A stretch of 64,000 bases of DNA from Candidatus Latescibacterota bacterium (lineage in GTDB: Bacteria; Latescibacterota; UBA2968; UBA8231), in NCBI GenBank assembly GCA_965200315.1, contig OZ241362.1:2784001-2848000 (forward strand), in the 5' to 3' direction. Each line of letters begins with the position of its first letter. The first letter of the stretch is position 1. The position numbers were made by a program, and so were the translations under genes. The notes beneath the pieces are model-generated. The model was given only the letters and a program-made list of their open reading frames with translations. It was not told the DNA's origin and did no database searches. This document shows, piece after piece, positions 48,079-58,012 of the stretch.

Positions 48079-48315
48079 ATGGACAACCGAATTACTATTG
48101 ATCCTCAAGTGTATCACGGCCAAGCCTGCATTAAGGGGACGCGCCTTCCTGTGCATCAAATCCTCCGGATGCTCGCCAACGGGGATACCATCGAAGACCT
48201 ACTTCAAGAATATCCTTCTATAACATGGGAAGATATCCTCGCTTGCTTCGACTATGCAGCCTCACTGGCTGAAGAGCAAATGGCCCCTCTTGAAGTTCTC
48301 TCGGGCGAGGTATGA
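48079..48315 (+). CDS. DUF433 antitoxin
   Basis: RITIDPQVYHGQACIKGTRLPV...YPSITWEDILAC. Confidence 0.9.
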   Translation: MDNRITIDPQVYHGQACIKGTRLPVHQILRMLANGDTIEDLLQEYPSITWEDILACFDYAASLAEEQMAPLEVLSGEV

Positions 48316-48461
48316 AGATCTTAGTCGATGAGCACATCCCTCTCAGGACGGTCCAAGCCTTGCCTATGATGGGGCATGACGTCCGCGATATTCGTCTTGG
48401 CGTATGCCGGAGACTAGACGAACCGAGCGCGATACCGACGACTCAGGACAAAGCTAAGTGA
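48312..48461 (+). pseudogene. Truncated DUF5615 PIN-like toxin
   Basis: MKILVDEHIP...GHDVRDIR followed by unrelated sequence and a stop at 49 aa; ATGA overlap with DUF433. Confidence 0.7.
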
Positions 48462-48567
48462 CAACGGAAGGAACCTTGGAGCCGAGAAATCGAGACCTTT
48501 GACCGGGCTGCATAGCGTCTGGCGGCGGTAACATAAAAGGTACGCCCGGGCAAGGGCAGGCACGGTA

Positions 48568-48613
48568 CATAAGAAAGCTCAGGCCCTCCTTACAGGACCT
48601 GAGCTTTCTTATG
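48568..48613. terminator. Long hairpin between convergent genes (probable bidirectional terminator)
   Basis: cataagaaagctcagg...cctgagctttcttatg, a 16-bp perfect inverted repeat. Confidence 0.65.
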
Positions 48614-48641
48614 GGCAGTTTGTATTTCGTATTAACTCGGC

Positions 48642-50372
48642 TTACGACGAGTGCATTTCCGAAATAAGTCCCCTAGTATCCTTTAACAAGCCATTGAGTT
48701 CTTGGAAGAGACCGCTGCGAGATTCCTGCATGTTTCTGAGTTCTTCGAGTTCCTCATCTATAGCCGCAATACGCCTGCCGATGGTTTGATCTATATAAGT
48801 GTCAGTAGCTTCATCGAAATGGAGTTCAACTGCGTGGGCGGCTTCATCAAATCCCGCCCGAATAGCTGCCCGGCCTTCGCGCAAGTCCTGTTCCCGTTTG
48901 TCTTCATCGGCATCTTCTTTTATTTGAAACACAATGTTCAAAACAGCCCCTGCTGCGGCCAAAACCCAACCAGCATTTGCGATTGTACGCGTCCACTTTA
49001 CCGCCTCCCACGGCCTAAAGGATTTCCCAAAGACATGACCAATGGATTTAACCATGCCGTGAGTTGCTGTACCCGAATACTGGTTAAGTTTGAACAGACC
49101 GGAGAGGGTTGCGGTTGTGGAGGTAAACGACTTCTCTACTAGGAACCGCCCAAGTTGGCGGGTTACATCTCCACCTTGTTTAATTTTAGACGATGTGGCT
49201 GGATCAATACCGAGACCTTGGACTCTTTCTCTAAGCCTCGATAGCAACTCTTTGGCTAATTCGCTCTCCGCGATTTGCCCGACCCCCTCAGCGAGATCGC
49301 TGATACCCTCTTCCATTGCTTTTTGAACGAGACCTGACAGCTCATCCGTCTGTTTTTCAACGCGCTCTTGGGCCGCCGTTAATTCCCGATCAACAGCCTC
49401 AGTGTCAGCGTCTCCGCGAATTAGGTCAATTAGGTCAGCAGCCTTGCGTCCTTCCTCCCGAATTTTGTTTACCGTCTGCTGGACCCGGCTTTCCGCTGCC
49501 TGCGAAAGCCGCGCCTTACCACTCACTAATGCACGTCTTTGCTGAGTAACCAATTCTTGCAGAGCATCTACATCGACATCATCACTCGACTCGGCTGCGA
49601 GCGCCTCTTGAAGTACTTGTTCGAGCGTATAGAGCGATGTTGTATAACGTGAGGCCAATCCCTTCTCTTCCACAAACGCATTAAAATTATCGACGAAATC
49701 GTCGAAACCACTTCTGTTGTGGGAGATTGTGCGAAACTCTTCATCTTGTTCTGTACGAGCCTCAAGCGCGGCCTCAGCATCCACAAAAGACAGGCGAAGC
49801 TGTTCCGGAGTAAACGGTACGAGAACTTTTCGGAGATCTTCCCGGATCACACCCTGAGCCGCTAACGTATTACCTTCGGCATGTCGTTGCATCTTGTTTA
49901 CGACCAACAGCATTTCGTGAGCTTTTTCCCGCTCAATAGCGAGTTTCCTGAAATGTTCTGCTATATGGGCGTCAAATAGTTCGTTGGTGACAACAAAGAC
50001 CAAAAGGTCGGTTTTGCTGATCGCCTCATAAGTTATTTCGTCGTGGTCGGGTCGTATCTCCGTATGGACGCCAGGTGTATCTATCACTTTGATACCGTTC
50101 CATTCAAACTGTTGCACCTGTTGAGTCGTAATTCCAGCCCCGATTGCAATGTCTTCTCGTCCGATCATCACTTTGAGAATCGAAGATTTACCTGCACTGT
50201 ATTGACCGGCAAAAACCACCTGCACAGCCTCGTCAGTTAGAGCAATTTCTCTCGGAACCCGGTGGGCAAGCTCTCGTACCTTGTCAAAAGGAGCATCTTT
50301 GAGAACCTTTTCTACCTTTTCAAGCAAAGCCTGCCCTCTTTTTGTCCAATGCTGAAGTTTTAAAGTTTTCAT
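48642..50372 (-). CDS. Dynamin-like GTPase (LeoA-like)
   Basis: G1 AGQYSAGKSS, G2 T, G3 DTPG, G4 VNKM; long helical stalk with a hydrophobic tip. Confidence 0.8.
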   Translation of the reverse strand: MKTLKLQHWTKRGQALLEKVEKVLKDAPFDKVRELAHRVPREIALTDEAVQVVFAGQYSAGKSSILKVMIGREDIAIGAGITTQQVQQFEWNGIKVIDTPGVHTEIRPDHDEITYEAISKTDLLVFVVTNELFDAHIAEHFRKLAIEREKAHEMLLVVNKMQRHAEGNTLAAQGVIREDLRKVLVPFTPEQLRLSFVDAEAALEARTEQDEEFRTISHNRSGFDDFVDNFNAFVEEKGLASRYTTSLYTLEQVLQEALAAESSDDVDVDALQELVTQQRRALVSGKARLSQAAESRVQQTVNKIREEGRKAADLIDLIRGDADTEAVDRELTAAQERVEKQTDELSGLVQKAMEEGISDLAEGVGQIAESELAKELLSRLRERVQGLGIDPATSSKIKQGGDVTRQLGRFLVEKSFTSTTATLSGLFKLNQYSGTATHGMVKSIGHVFGKSFRPWEAVKWTRTIANAGWVLAAAGAVLNIVFQIKEDADEDKREQDLREGRAAIRAGFDEAAHAVELHFDEATDTYIDQTIGRRIAAIDEELEELRNMQESRSGLFQELNGLLKDTRGLISEMHSS

Positions 50373-50386
50373 CGGTTACTTCCTCC

Positions 50387-52501
50387 TTATGACTTCATAA
50401 CATGCAGTTCGGTTAATTGATGTGCGAGACGGATTCGGGAGACACCAACCGCATCAAGTTGCCCTACAGGAACATGTGCAACTTGAATTTTTGATTCGAT
50501 ACGGATTTTGCTTCTGTCACAGTCTCGCCCAATGGCTTGAGTCAACATCGAAAATTTGTTACCCTTGCCGATCACGAACCAGACCTTTTCGCCCAGCATC
50601 TTTTCCAGATCCTTACGCAGGTTCTTAGGGAATTTAGTTTTAGGCTCAATCAGTAGCATAATTGCCAGACCAGGAACTCGCGCTACATCCAACATGAGAC
50701 TTCTATGGTCCTTATGCCCAAGCTGATCAAGTGCCTCGTCGAGCAGGGTGCGGTGCAATTCTTTCTGCTGCTTGTTGATTCTCCAAGCCAAATCCCTTTG
50801 TCTGTCTGCCAGTTGTAAGGTATTTGATACAACCGCCTGAAGTTCACGGATTAAGACATTGACTTGCTTTTTGAGAAGGTCTTGATGAAACCAATCTCTA
50901 AATTCTTTATGGAGATTATGTTCTATTTTTCTGACATCAGATTCGAGTCTCCTTGTAAGTTTGTTGCGTTGCTTTATCGCCTTTTCCTCTCGGTCCTCAA
51001 AGAACCCAGAAAGGAACCGCCCTAGCAATCCAATAGCTGCCGCCGCCCAGCCAAAGGGACCACTGGAAAAAATGAGAGCAGCAATACCAAGCCCACTAGA
51101 AATAATATCGGTCGTCCATTTCCAAGCCCGTTTTGCATTGAATATAGAATCCATGCTAATCCTGCGGTCGCCAGCAAATTTACCGACAAAATTCAGTTCA
51201 GACTTGAGTTGCCGTGCAGTTTCTGATAGTTCGTCTTTACATTCATTCTGGATTTGCTCGAAAAGTTTCTTTGCCTTTCGTTTTATACCTTGATTTTCGA
51301 CTAAGCGGTCCCAGCACTTGCCAGCATCGTATGCCTCGTAGTTATCTTCCGCGAATCCCGGAATTTTAGCGCGTAGCGAGTTCATTTCTTTTTTAATGAA
51401 TGTATCAATGCGTTCTTGCCCACTTTTGCGAAAGCCATCAGACCATGACTTGACTTGGCGGTGCTTGTCTATGAGAACTCTGCCACTGGACGAGTTCTGA
51501 GCACTGAAGTCTAGGAGTCTTTCGCTAAACTCAATCATTGGAACAACAGCACCATCAATGAAGCTCTTCCATCGTAAGAATGTTCCACGGCCGACTACCT
51601 CCGAAATAATTTGCTTTTCGATGTAGTTGAAGCGGCTCGTGTGTTCTAATTTGCACTGTTGAGACTTGTATTCGGGCTGTTGAGACAGGAACTTCGATTG
51701 CAAATGGGTGTAAACGAAGCGGATTCGGCTACCCGGACTGTACTTTTCCGCAAACTCGTGGAACTGTCGGACAATAGCATCGAGATCGCTCCGTTTGTGA
51801 TCGAACCAGTTCCTTCGCAAAAAAAGGCGCATATCGTCCGCATTGTTAAGAGCGACTTTAACGTTGCAGATACCCAGAATCGGTTTTCCGAGTGCCCGAA
51901 CACGTGCGAGGCACTCTGCTTCTTCGTTCTGCGGAGCATCGTCAGTGATCAAAAAAAGCACAAGGTCCGATTGAGCGGCGGCCTCAAACGCCTTTTCCTC
52001 GTCCTCACCGCCCTCAAACGCGGCTATACCGGGCACATCGGTAATTTTGAGCCCTTTCCAGTCGTAGCTACGCACGTCTCGGGTCGTGCGCTGGCCTCCC
52101 TTGCCGATGGACGCTCCGTCGCCGTTAGTCAAAATCTCCATCAATGTTGACTTTCCAGTCATCGTTCGACCAAAGAGGGCAATAGAGAATTTGTCCAACC
52201 GTGCATAGTTCTCTTTTGTTTGGCGCACCTGTTTTTCGTGCAACAAATAGAGTTCCGACACCACTTGTTGTAACTGCTCTTGGGTCTTTTTTTTAATATC
52301 GGAGGTTTGGACGTTTCCATCGTTCAGACTTGTCAGTTGTTGTTTCAAGTCCTCCGAAACCTCGTCTATAGCGACCTTGAATCCGTCGAGGTTGTTCTTT
52401 GCAATCCGGTATCCTTCGCGGGCTGACCTAGGGCATTTATTAAGGGCCTTTTGGAAGCTCGGTCTTTTTTTGAAGATTCTTGAGATTATTGCTTTAATCA
52501 T
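50387..52501 (-). CDS. Dynamin-like GTPase, partner subunit
   Basis: G1 FGRTMTGKST, G2 RTT, G3 DVPG, G4 NVK; hydrophobic hairpin GLGIAALIFSSGPFGWAAAAIGLLG; low GC. Confidence 0.8.
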   Translation of the reverse strand: MIKAIISRIFKKRPSFQKALNKCPRSAREGYRIAKNNLDGFKVAIDEVSEDLKQQLTSLNDGNVQTSDIKKKTQEQLQQVVSELYLLHEKQVRQTKENYARLDKFSIALFGRTMTGKSTLMEILTNGDGASIGKGGQRTTRDVRSYDWKGLKITDVPGIAAFEGGEDEEKAFEAAAQSDLVLFLITDDAPQNEEAECLARVRALGKPILGICNVKVALNNADDMRLFLRRNWFDHKRSDLDAIVRQFHEFAEKYSPGSRIRFVYTHLQSKFLSQQPEYKSQQCKLEHTSRFNYIEKQIISEVVGRGTFLRWKSFIDGAVVPMIEFSERLLDFSAQNSSSGRVLIDKHRQVKSWSDGFRKSGQERIDTFIKKEMNSLRAKIPGFAEDNYEAYDAGKCWDRLVENQGIKRKAKKLFEQIQNECKDELSETARQLKSELNFVGKFAGDRRISMDSIFNAKRAWKWTTDIISSGLGIAALIFSSGPFGWAAAAIGLLGRFLSGFFEDREEKAIKQRNKLTRRLESDVRKIEHNLHKEFRDWFHQDLLKKQVNVLIRELQAVVSNTLQLADRQRDLAWRINKQQKELHRTLLDEALDQLGHKDHRSLMLDVARVPGLAIMLLIEPKTKFPKNLRKDLEKMLGEKVWFVIGKGNKFSMLTQAIGRDCDRSKIRIESKIQVAHVPVGQLDAVGVSRIRLAHQLTELHVMKS

Positions 52502-52556
52502 TGTACTGTCCTTGTTTGAGTGGTGGTATTTGACCGGGGCGAAGGATGCGATTCAC

Positions 52557-53345
52557 CTACTCGCCCTCCAACGACCGCCGCATCGCCTCTCCTTGATCGC
52601 GCCAGTACCCGTATAGCACCGCTATATCCGTGCCGACGCAGAAATGCCGCACCCCCATGTCGAGAAAGCGCTTGGCGTCGTCGGCTGTGTTGATTTCGGC
52701 GCGCGGATGGACGCCCATTTCCAAGGCCGTCTTAAAAACCTTTTCTTCGGCCGCGGCAATTTCCGGCACGCCGCGCTGGCCGGCCTTGCCGATGCTCATG
52801 GAGTAATCGGCCCCTCCCCATTGGACCATCTCGGCTCCTTCTACCGAGAGCATGGCCTCCAAATCGGCGACGGCACTTTCCTTTTCGATCATCAAAACCA
52901 CGACCACGTCGCGCAGGGCTTGGACGTATTCTGGGGTGCCGCCATAGCTCATATAGGCGATGCGCCGCATAGCCACCCCATAGGTGCCTTCCTCTCCGGG
53001 CGCGTCGGCGCGTACGCAGCGCACACAGGCCCGCGCGTCGTCCGGGTCGCGCACATCGGCAAACAGTACGCTGCCGAAGCCCGACCCTATGGCCCGTTGG
53101 GCCACGTAAGCGCGGTTTTCGGCATCGACCTTGATCATCGATCCCAAGTCCCATAGCTCGGCGGCGCGGGCGAGGTTGTCCAAGTCGTGTAGGTCAAAGG
53201 GGCCGTACTCGGCGACAAACTCCACGTAGTCGTACGCGCCCGTATGTCCTAGGGCTTCGACGACCGAAGGCCAAGTGGTGTGGATGTGGGTGCCTAGCGT
53301 GGGCTCGCCGGCGTTGAGTTTTTCGCGCAGCTTGTTGGGTCTCAT
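52557..53345 (-). CDS. HpcH/HpaI aldolase family
   Basis: MRPNKLREKL, EFVAEY, MIEK and WGGADYS. Confidence 0.8.
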   Translation of the reverse strand: MRPNKLREKLNAGEPTLGTHIHTTWPSVVEALGHTGAYDYVEFVAEYGPFDLHDLDNLARAAELWDLGSMIKVDAENRAYVAQRAIGSGFGSVLFADVRDPDDARACVRCVRADAPGEEGTYGVAMRRIAYMSYGGTPEYVQALRDVVVVLMIEKESAVADLEAMLSVEGAEMVQWGGADYSMSIGKAGQRGVPEIAAAEEKVFKTALEMGVHPRAEINTADDAKRFLDMGVRHFCVGTDIAVLYGYWRDQGEAMRRSLEGE

Positions 53346-53357
53346 TGTTTTTCTCCT

Positions 53358-54329
53358 TTAAAACTGTTCCTCGTCGCGGTCGGTGGCTGGCGGCGGTGCG
53401 ATCGAAAGTGCCGACACCTCGGCACGCATCTCGTCCGACATGGCAAAGTCGAGCGCGGCGAGCGATGGCTTTAGCTGGTCTAGGTCGCGTCCGCCGACGA
53501 TCGGCGCGGTTACGTCTCGATGCCCCATGACCCACGCGACGGCCAAGGTCGCCGGATGTACGCCTTTGTCGCCGGCATAGCGCACGAAGTGCTCGGCGAC
53601 TTCGTAGAACACGGGCTTGGCGTAGCGCCTGATGTAGTTGTCCTGCTGCAAGAGGCGACCCCGCTCGGGCCGCTTGTCAATCCCGTATTTGCCGGTCAGT
53701 AAGCCGCCGCCCAAGGGGCTATAAGTAATCACGCCCAAACCCTCTGAGCGGGCCAGCGGCAAAATTTCTACCTCCACTTGCCGCTTGGCCAAGCTGTACA
53801 TGGGCTGAATGCACGCAAACTGTGCCAGCCCTTCGCGGGCGCAGTGGCCGAGGGCTTTGGCAATCTGCCAAGCGGCCCAGTTGCTCACGGCTGGGTAGAG
53901 GATTTTGCCGCCGCGCACCAAGTCGTCGAGCGCGGCGAGGGTCTCTTCCATCGGCGTATCTTCGTCGAAGTTATGGACGAAGTAGAGGTCGAGGCGGTCC
54001 GTCTGCAACCGCCTGAGACTGGCCTCTACGGCCTGCACAATATGCCGCCTCGACAGGCCCCGGTCGTTGGGGCCGTCGCCCATTGAGCCGCAGACTTTCG
54101 AGGTGATTACCAATTCGTCGCGCTCGCCTTGGATCAACCGGCCTAATATCTCCTCGGAACGCCCGTTGGAATAGACATTGGCCGTGTCGAAGAAATTGAT
54201 CCCCAACTCGCGGCAGTGGCGATACATCTGCCCGGAGGTAGCCTCGTCCGCATCGCCGCCAAAGGCCATAGTACCGTAGCACAGGGAAGACACTCTGACG
54301 CCTGTGCGGCCTAGGGTATTGTACTGCAC
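53358..54329 (-). CDS. Aldo/keto reductase
   Basis: LGRTGVRVS, FDTANVY, SK, DLYFVH and YSPLGGGLLTGKY. Confidence 0.92.
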   Translation of the reverse strand: MQYNTLGRTGVRVSSLCYGTMAFGGDADEATSGQMYRHCRELGINFFDTANVYSNGRSEEILGRLIQGERDELVITSKVCGSMGDGPNDRGLSRRHIVQAVEASLRRLQTDRLDLYFVHNFDEDTPMEETLAALDDLVRGGKILYPAVSNWAAWQIAKALGHCAREGLAQFACIQPMYSLAKRQVEVEILPLARSEGLGVITYSPLGGGLLTGKYGIDKRPERGRLLQQDNYIRRYAKPVFYEVAEHFVRYAGDKGVHPATLAVAWVMGHRDVTAPIVGGRDLDQLKPSLAALDFAMSDEMRAEVSALSIAPPPATDRDEEQF

Positions 54330-54483
54330 CTTAATATTTTCTCCTTTAGTAGAATTCCGTGCGGCAGGGCAAGCTAAGGAAGAGGGTAGCTATCATCAAG
54401 TGGCGTCATTGGCTACAAAGCACGGTCGTTCTATATTAAGCGCCGCGCTGTACATCCCGCATTACAGGAGTGATTCAACCCCA

Positions 54484-54768
54484 ATGGACGCGCCCCGCCA
54501 ACGCCTGCTCTACTTGCAGGCGCGCACCCCCAGCGTCATGTCCAACATCATCGGCCTAACGCTCATCGAGCCGGTCGCAGGCTTTGCTCCCGAGATTTGC
54601 GCTGAATCAGCACCCGACTGGCCCTACGCAACCGTACACGACGCCGTAGTTGACGGCTGGCAAATCGTCCAATTCCCCCATCTACAAGCGCCGTTCGACG
54701 ATAGGGAGTTGGACGTGATTGGCTATGAGTTCATCCTACAGAAAATGGAGGTTATCGCCGATGAATGA
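54484..54768 (+). CDS. Small hypothetical protein overlapping the PhyH start
   Basis: aggag RBS; PYATVHDAVVDGWQIVQFP...YEFILQK; 8-nt overlap with the next gene. Confidence 0.65.
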   Translation: MDAPRQRLLYLQARTPSVMSNIIGLTLIEPVAGFAPEICAESAPDWPYATVHDAVVDGWQIVQFPHLQAPFDDRELDVIGYEFILQKMEVIADE

Positions 54769-55540
54769 GCATCTGCTCAGCGACTCCGAAGTGGCCCGTT
54801 TCCTCGTCACCGGCTACCACCTCGTCGAGCCGGAATTGCCCGCCGGGCTCAACGAGTCCATCGCCGCCCAGCTCGACGCGCTCGACTGCAACCCCGGCGA
54901 CGCCATCACCGAAGCCGTGCCCGAGCTATGGCAAGTGCTCGATCGCCCGACCGTCAAAGGTGCGCTCGTCAGCCTGCTCGGCCCGGACTACGAGGTGCAG
55001 CCACATCGCCACTGGCACTGCAAGCAGCCGAATTCGCCGCACATGAACTGGCACCAAGACGGCCTCAACAACCGCGACGTGCTGCTCAACCGCTTCCTCG
55101 GGCTGTACTACCCGACCGACGTCACGCCCGACATGGGGCCGACGATCATCGTCCCCGGCACCCAATTCCGCAACGCGCCGACGGACCGCATGGCCACGTA
55201 CACCAACATCCGCGGCCAAGTGCCGCTCGTGGTCAAGGCCGGGACCGTGGCCTTCACTCACTACGATCTCTGGCACGGCACGGCCGCCAATCGCTCGCCT
55301 CACAAGCGCCACATGATCAAGTTCCTCTTCCGCCGCACTCAGGACAACACAGCACCCACTTGGAACCACGATCCCAAGGCAGCCAATAAACCCGCCGACT
55401 GGAACGAGCGCGACCGGGCCGAGGACGTCACCAACATCCTCAACTTCACCAATCCGTTGGGCGTCTCCCAGAGCGACCACTACAAGGAGCGCGCCATCCG
55501 CCGCCAGAACTGGAACTACCTCATGGGCCTGTCGGCCTAA
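54761..55540 (+). CDS. PhyH family dioxygenase
   Basis: HRHWH, WHQD, YYPTDV..DMGPT and HYDLWH. Confidence 0.85.
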   Translation: MNEHLLSDSEVARFLVTGYHLVEPELPAGLNESIAAQLDALDCNPGDAITEAVPELWQVLDRPTVKGALVSLLGPDYEVQPHRHWHCKQPNSPHMNWHQDGLNNRDVLLNRFLGLYYPTDVTPDMGPTIIVPGTQFRNAPTDRMATYTNIRGQVPLVVKAGTVAFTHYDLWHGTAANRSPHKRHMIKFLFRRTQDNTAPTWNHDPKAANKPADWNERDRAEDVTNILNFTNPLGVSQSDHYKERAIRRQNWNYLMGLSA

Positions 55541-55568
55541 TCCCAACTCCTAGCAAAGAAAGCATTCT

Positions 55569-56246
55569 ATGACCGTTCAGATCGCCCGCGTTGAAGAGCG
55601 TTTCAAATGCCCCGGACCCCAGCCCAACGGCCTGCAAGCCGCGCCCGACGGCCTCTGGTGCATCGACCAAGTAGACCTCAAGATCTATAAATTCGACTAC
55701 GAAAGCGGCGAAGTCCTCTTTGAAGCCCAGACCGACACTGCACACTCCAGCGGCATTACGCTTGGCGACGGATCGCTGTGGATCGCCTCGACCTTTGAGC
55801 TTAAGATCGCCCGCCTCGACCCGGCTACGGGCCAAACCATCGCCAAGCTAGATTCGCCCGGCAATGGCGTCGTCGCTTGGGTCGCCGACCAGCAGAATGG
55901 CCGCGTCACCGGGGCCCACGGCCTCGAGTGGAAGGACGGCAAGGTGTACGTGGCCTCGCCGCCTTCGCAATTCGTTCACGTAATGGATGCCAGCACTTGG
56001 GAAGAAGTCCATTCCTTTCGCGTCCCCGGCCTCCGGGTCCACGGCCTAGCTTGGGCTGACAACGGCACCCTCTGGGTCGCCGACACCTCGGCCGGCACCA
56101 TCAACCGCCTCGATCCCGAAGACGGGCGCATCTGGGAGGTCATCCGCGTCGAAGCTCCCACCGAAGTCCACGGGATGACCATCCACGAGGGTGTGCTCTG
56201 GTACTGCGACGCTGCCACGCGCGCCATTGGCCAACTATACATATAG
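55569..56246 (+). CDS. Beta-propeller protein (glutamine cyclotransferase/Vgb-like repeats)
   Basis: Repeated P/H-x-GL...LW blades (PNGL, SGIT, HGLE, HGLA, HGMT). Confidence 0.65.
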   Translation: MTVQIARVEERFKCPGPQPNGLQAAPDGLWCIDQVDLKIYKFDYESGEVLFEAQTDTAHSSGITLGDGSLWIASTFELKIARLDPATGQTIAKLDSPGNGVVAWVADQQNGRVTGAHGLEWKDGKVYVASPPSQFVHVMDASTWEEVHSFRVPGLRVHGLAWADNGTLWVADTSAGTINRLDPEDGRIWEVIRVEAPTEVHGMTIHEGVLWYCDAATRAIGQLYI

Positions 56247-56261
56247 AAGAGAGGGGCTGCA

Positions 56262-57377
56262 TTGAAGATTACAGAGGTCAAAACCGCTGAAGTGCGCGTA
56301 AACCACTATCTCTACCATTACGTCCGCATCCACACCGACGAGGGCATCTACGGCACTGGCGAGGCCAGCCACGTCGATGGCGGCTGGCGCGGCTCCACCC
56401 AGACCATGGCCGCCCAGCTTATCGGCAAGGACCCGCGCGATGTCGATGCGCTCTTTGAGGGCATTCGCCGCAGCTACATCTTCCGCGGCGGCATGTCGGG
56501 CTTGGCGATTTCGGCACTGACCGGCCTTGAGGTCGCGCTTTGGGATTTGGCTGGCAAGGCCCAAGGCGTACCCGTTTACCGGCTCTTGGGCGGCAAATTC
56601 CGCGATCGGGTGCGCCTCTACGTCGACAGTGCCCATTCGGACTACAAAGAGCGCGCCGAGGACGCGCGCGCAAAAGGCTTCACCGCGATTAAGTTCGATC
56701 TCGACGACGCGGGCCACCCGGAAAAGCTCGATCCTTGGAACTGGTCGGTGGCCCCTGCCGAGCTGGAGGATTTGGTCGATCAAGCGCATCAGATCCGCGA
56801 GGCCGTCGGCCCCCACATGGACTTGGCTATTGACCTGCACGGGCGCTACGATGCCACGGCCGGGATGAAGTTCGCCCACGCGCTCGAAGGTCTGAATCTG
56901 ATGTGGCTCGAAGAGCCGGTGCCGCCCGAGAATATCGACGCCCTCAAGCGCATCACCGACTCGACCCGCACCCCGATCTGCGCTGGCGAAAACGCCTATC
57001 TGCGCTACGGTTTCCGCGACATGCTCGAACAGCAGGCGGTCGATATCATCATGCCCGACATTTCCAAGTGCGGCGGCCTCTCCGAGTGTCGCAAAATTGC
57101 CAACATGGCCGAGACCTACTACATCCCCTTTGCCCCGCACAACAATTCCAGCGCCTTGAGCACCGTGGCCGACGCCCACGTCTGCGCCAGCGTGCCCAAT
57201 TTTCTCGCCTTGGAGTTCCACCGCTACGACGACCCGACTTGGAATGACGTAGTGCTCGCCGATGAGCCGGTGATTCAGGAAGGGCACGTGGTGTTGAGCG
57301 ATAAGCGAGGGCTGGGAGCGGAACTGAACGAGGCGTTTTTGCAGAGTATGCTGGACGGGGTGCCGCTCTGGCAGTAG
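56262..57377 (+). CDS. Mandelate racemase family (galactonate dehydratase-like)
   Basis: ALWDLAGKAQGVPVYRLLGGKFRD, KFD, DLHGRY, WLEEP, GEN and APHN. Confidence 0.9.
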   Translation: MKITEVKTAEVRVNHYLYHYVRIHTDEGIYGTGEASHVDGGWRGSTQTMAAQLIGKDPRDVDALFEGIRRSYIFRGGMSGLAISALTGLEVALWDLAGKAQGVPVYRLLGGKFRDRVRLYVDSAHSDYKERAEDARAKGFTAIKFDLDDAGHPEKLDPWNWSVAPAELEDLVDQAHQIREAVGPHMDLAIDLHGRYDATAGMKFAHALEGLNLMWLEEPVPPENIDALKRITDSTRTPICAGENAYLRYGFRDMLEQQAVDIIMPDISKCGGLSECRKIANMAETYYIPFAPHNNSSALSTVADAHVCASVPNFLALEFHRYDDPTWNDVVLADEPVIQEGHVVLSDKRGLGAELNEAFLQSMLDGVPLWQ

Positions 57378-57500
57378 GTACTCGAAGGCATCCTTGAGTT
57401 TGTTGATCATGCCACGTCCAAAGAATGCTGTTGACATTATGGGCGTCGCCGCGAAAATGCTAGCTAGCAGTAGGAAAAGGCTCAAAGAAAGGACTTTGCC

Positions 57501-57874
57501 ATGGGAGCAACGCACGTCACTGTAACGATTCGCAACCCGGCCGCGCCGGACCGCACTTGGGAAGGGCTTTTTCTGGTGGATACCGGGCGACCGATTGTCT
57601 CGTCCCGAGGCCGCACCTCGAATCCATCGGCCTCAAGTCGAAAGGCCAACGGACGTATGAACTGGCCAATGGGGCCGAACTAATACTCGACGTCACGAGC
57701 GCGGACATCGAATTTATGGGAGAATTCGTCGGCGGCACGATCATCTTCGGCGACGCGGACGCCGAGCCACTGCTCGGGCTGACGGCGATCGAATCGGTCG
57801 GCATTGAAGTCGATCCGCTGAATCAGCGGCTAAAAAGGCTACCAGCGGTTCGCCTCAAACGATTTGTAGAGTAG
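57501..57874 (+). pseudogene. Clan AA (retropepsin-like) aspartic protease with a 1-nt frameshift at the DTG|A catalytic motif
   Basis: LVDTG in one frame; ATDCLVP...EPLLGLTAIES.GIEVDP in the next; shift in a G run near 57587. Confidence 0.8.
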
Positions 57875-58012
57875 AGTAGAGCAGTGGCTCGATAAGAGAG
57901 CTAACGAATCACTCCCTTAATGATCTCAATGCTAATGGTGTGATGGTGCGGACGATGCGTCCGTTCGCATCAACCACGCGAATATTCCTCACGCCTAAGC
58001 TACAGTTGATTG

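Noticed and set aside
48530-52557. 3'-end duplication flanking the dynamin pair
   Set aside because: No convincing copy of the upstream aldolase end found beyond the pair.
57936-57985. Possible ncRNA or tRNA hairpin
   Set aside because: Short imperfect stem only, with no cloverleaf or recognisable RNA family features.
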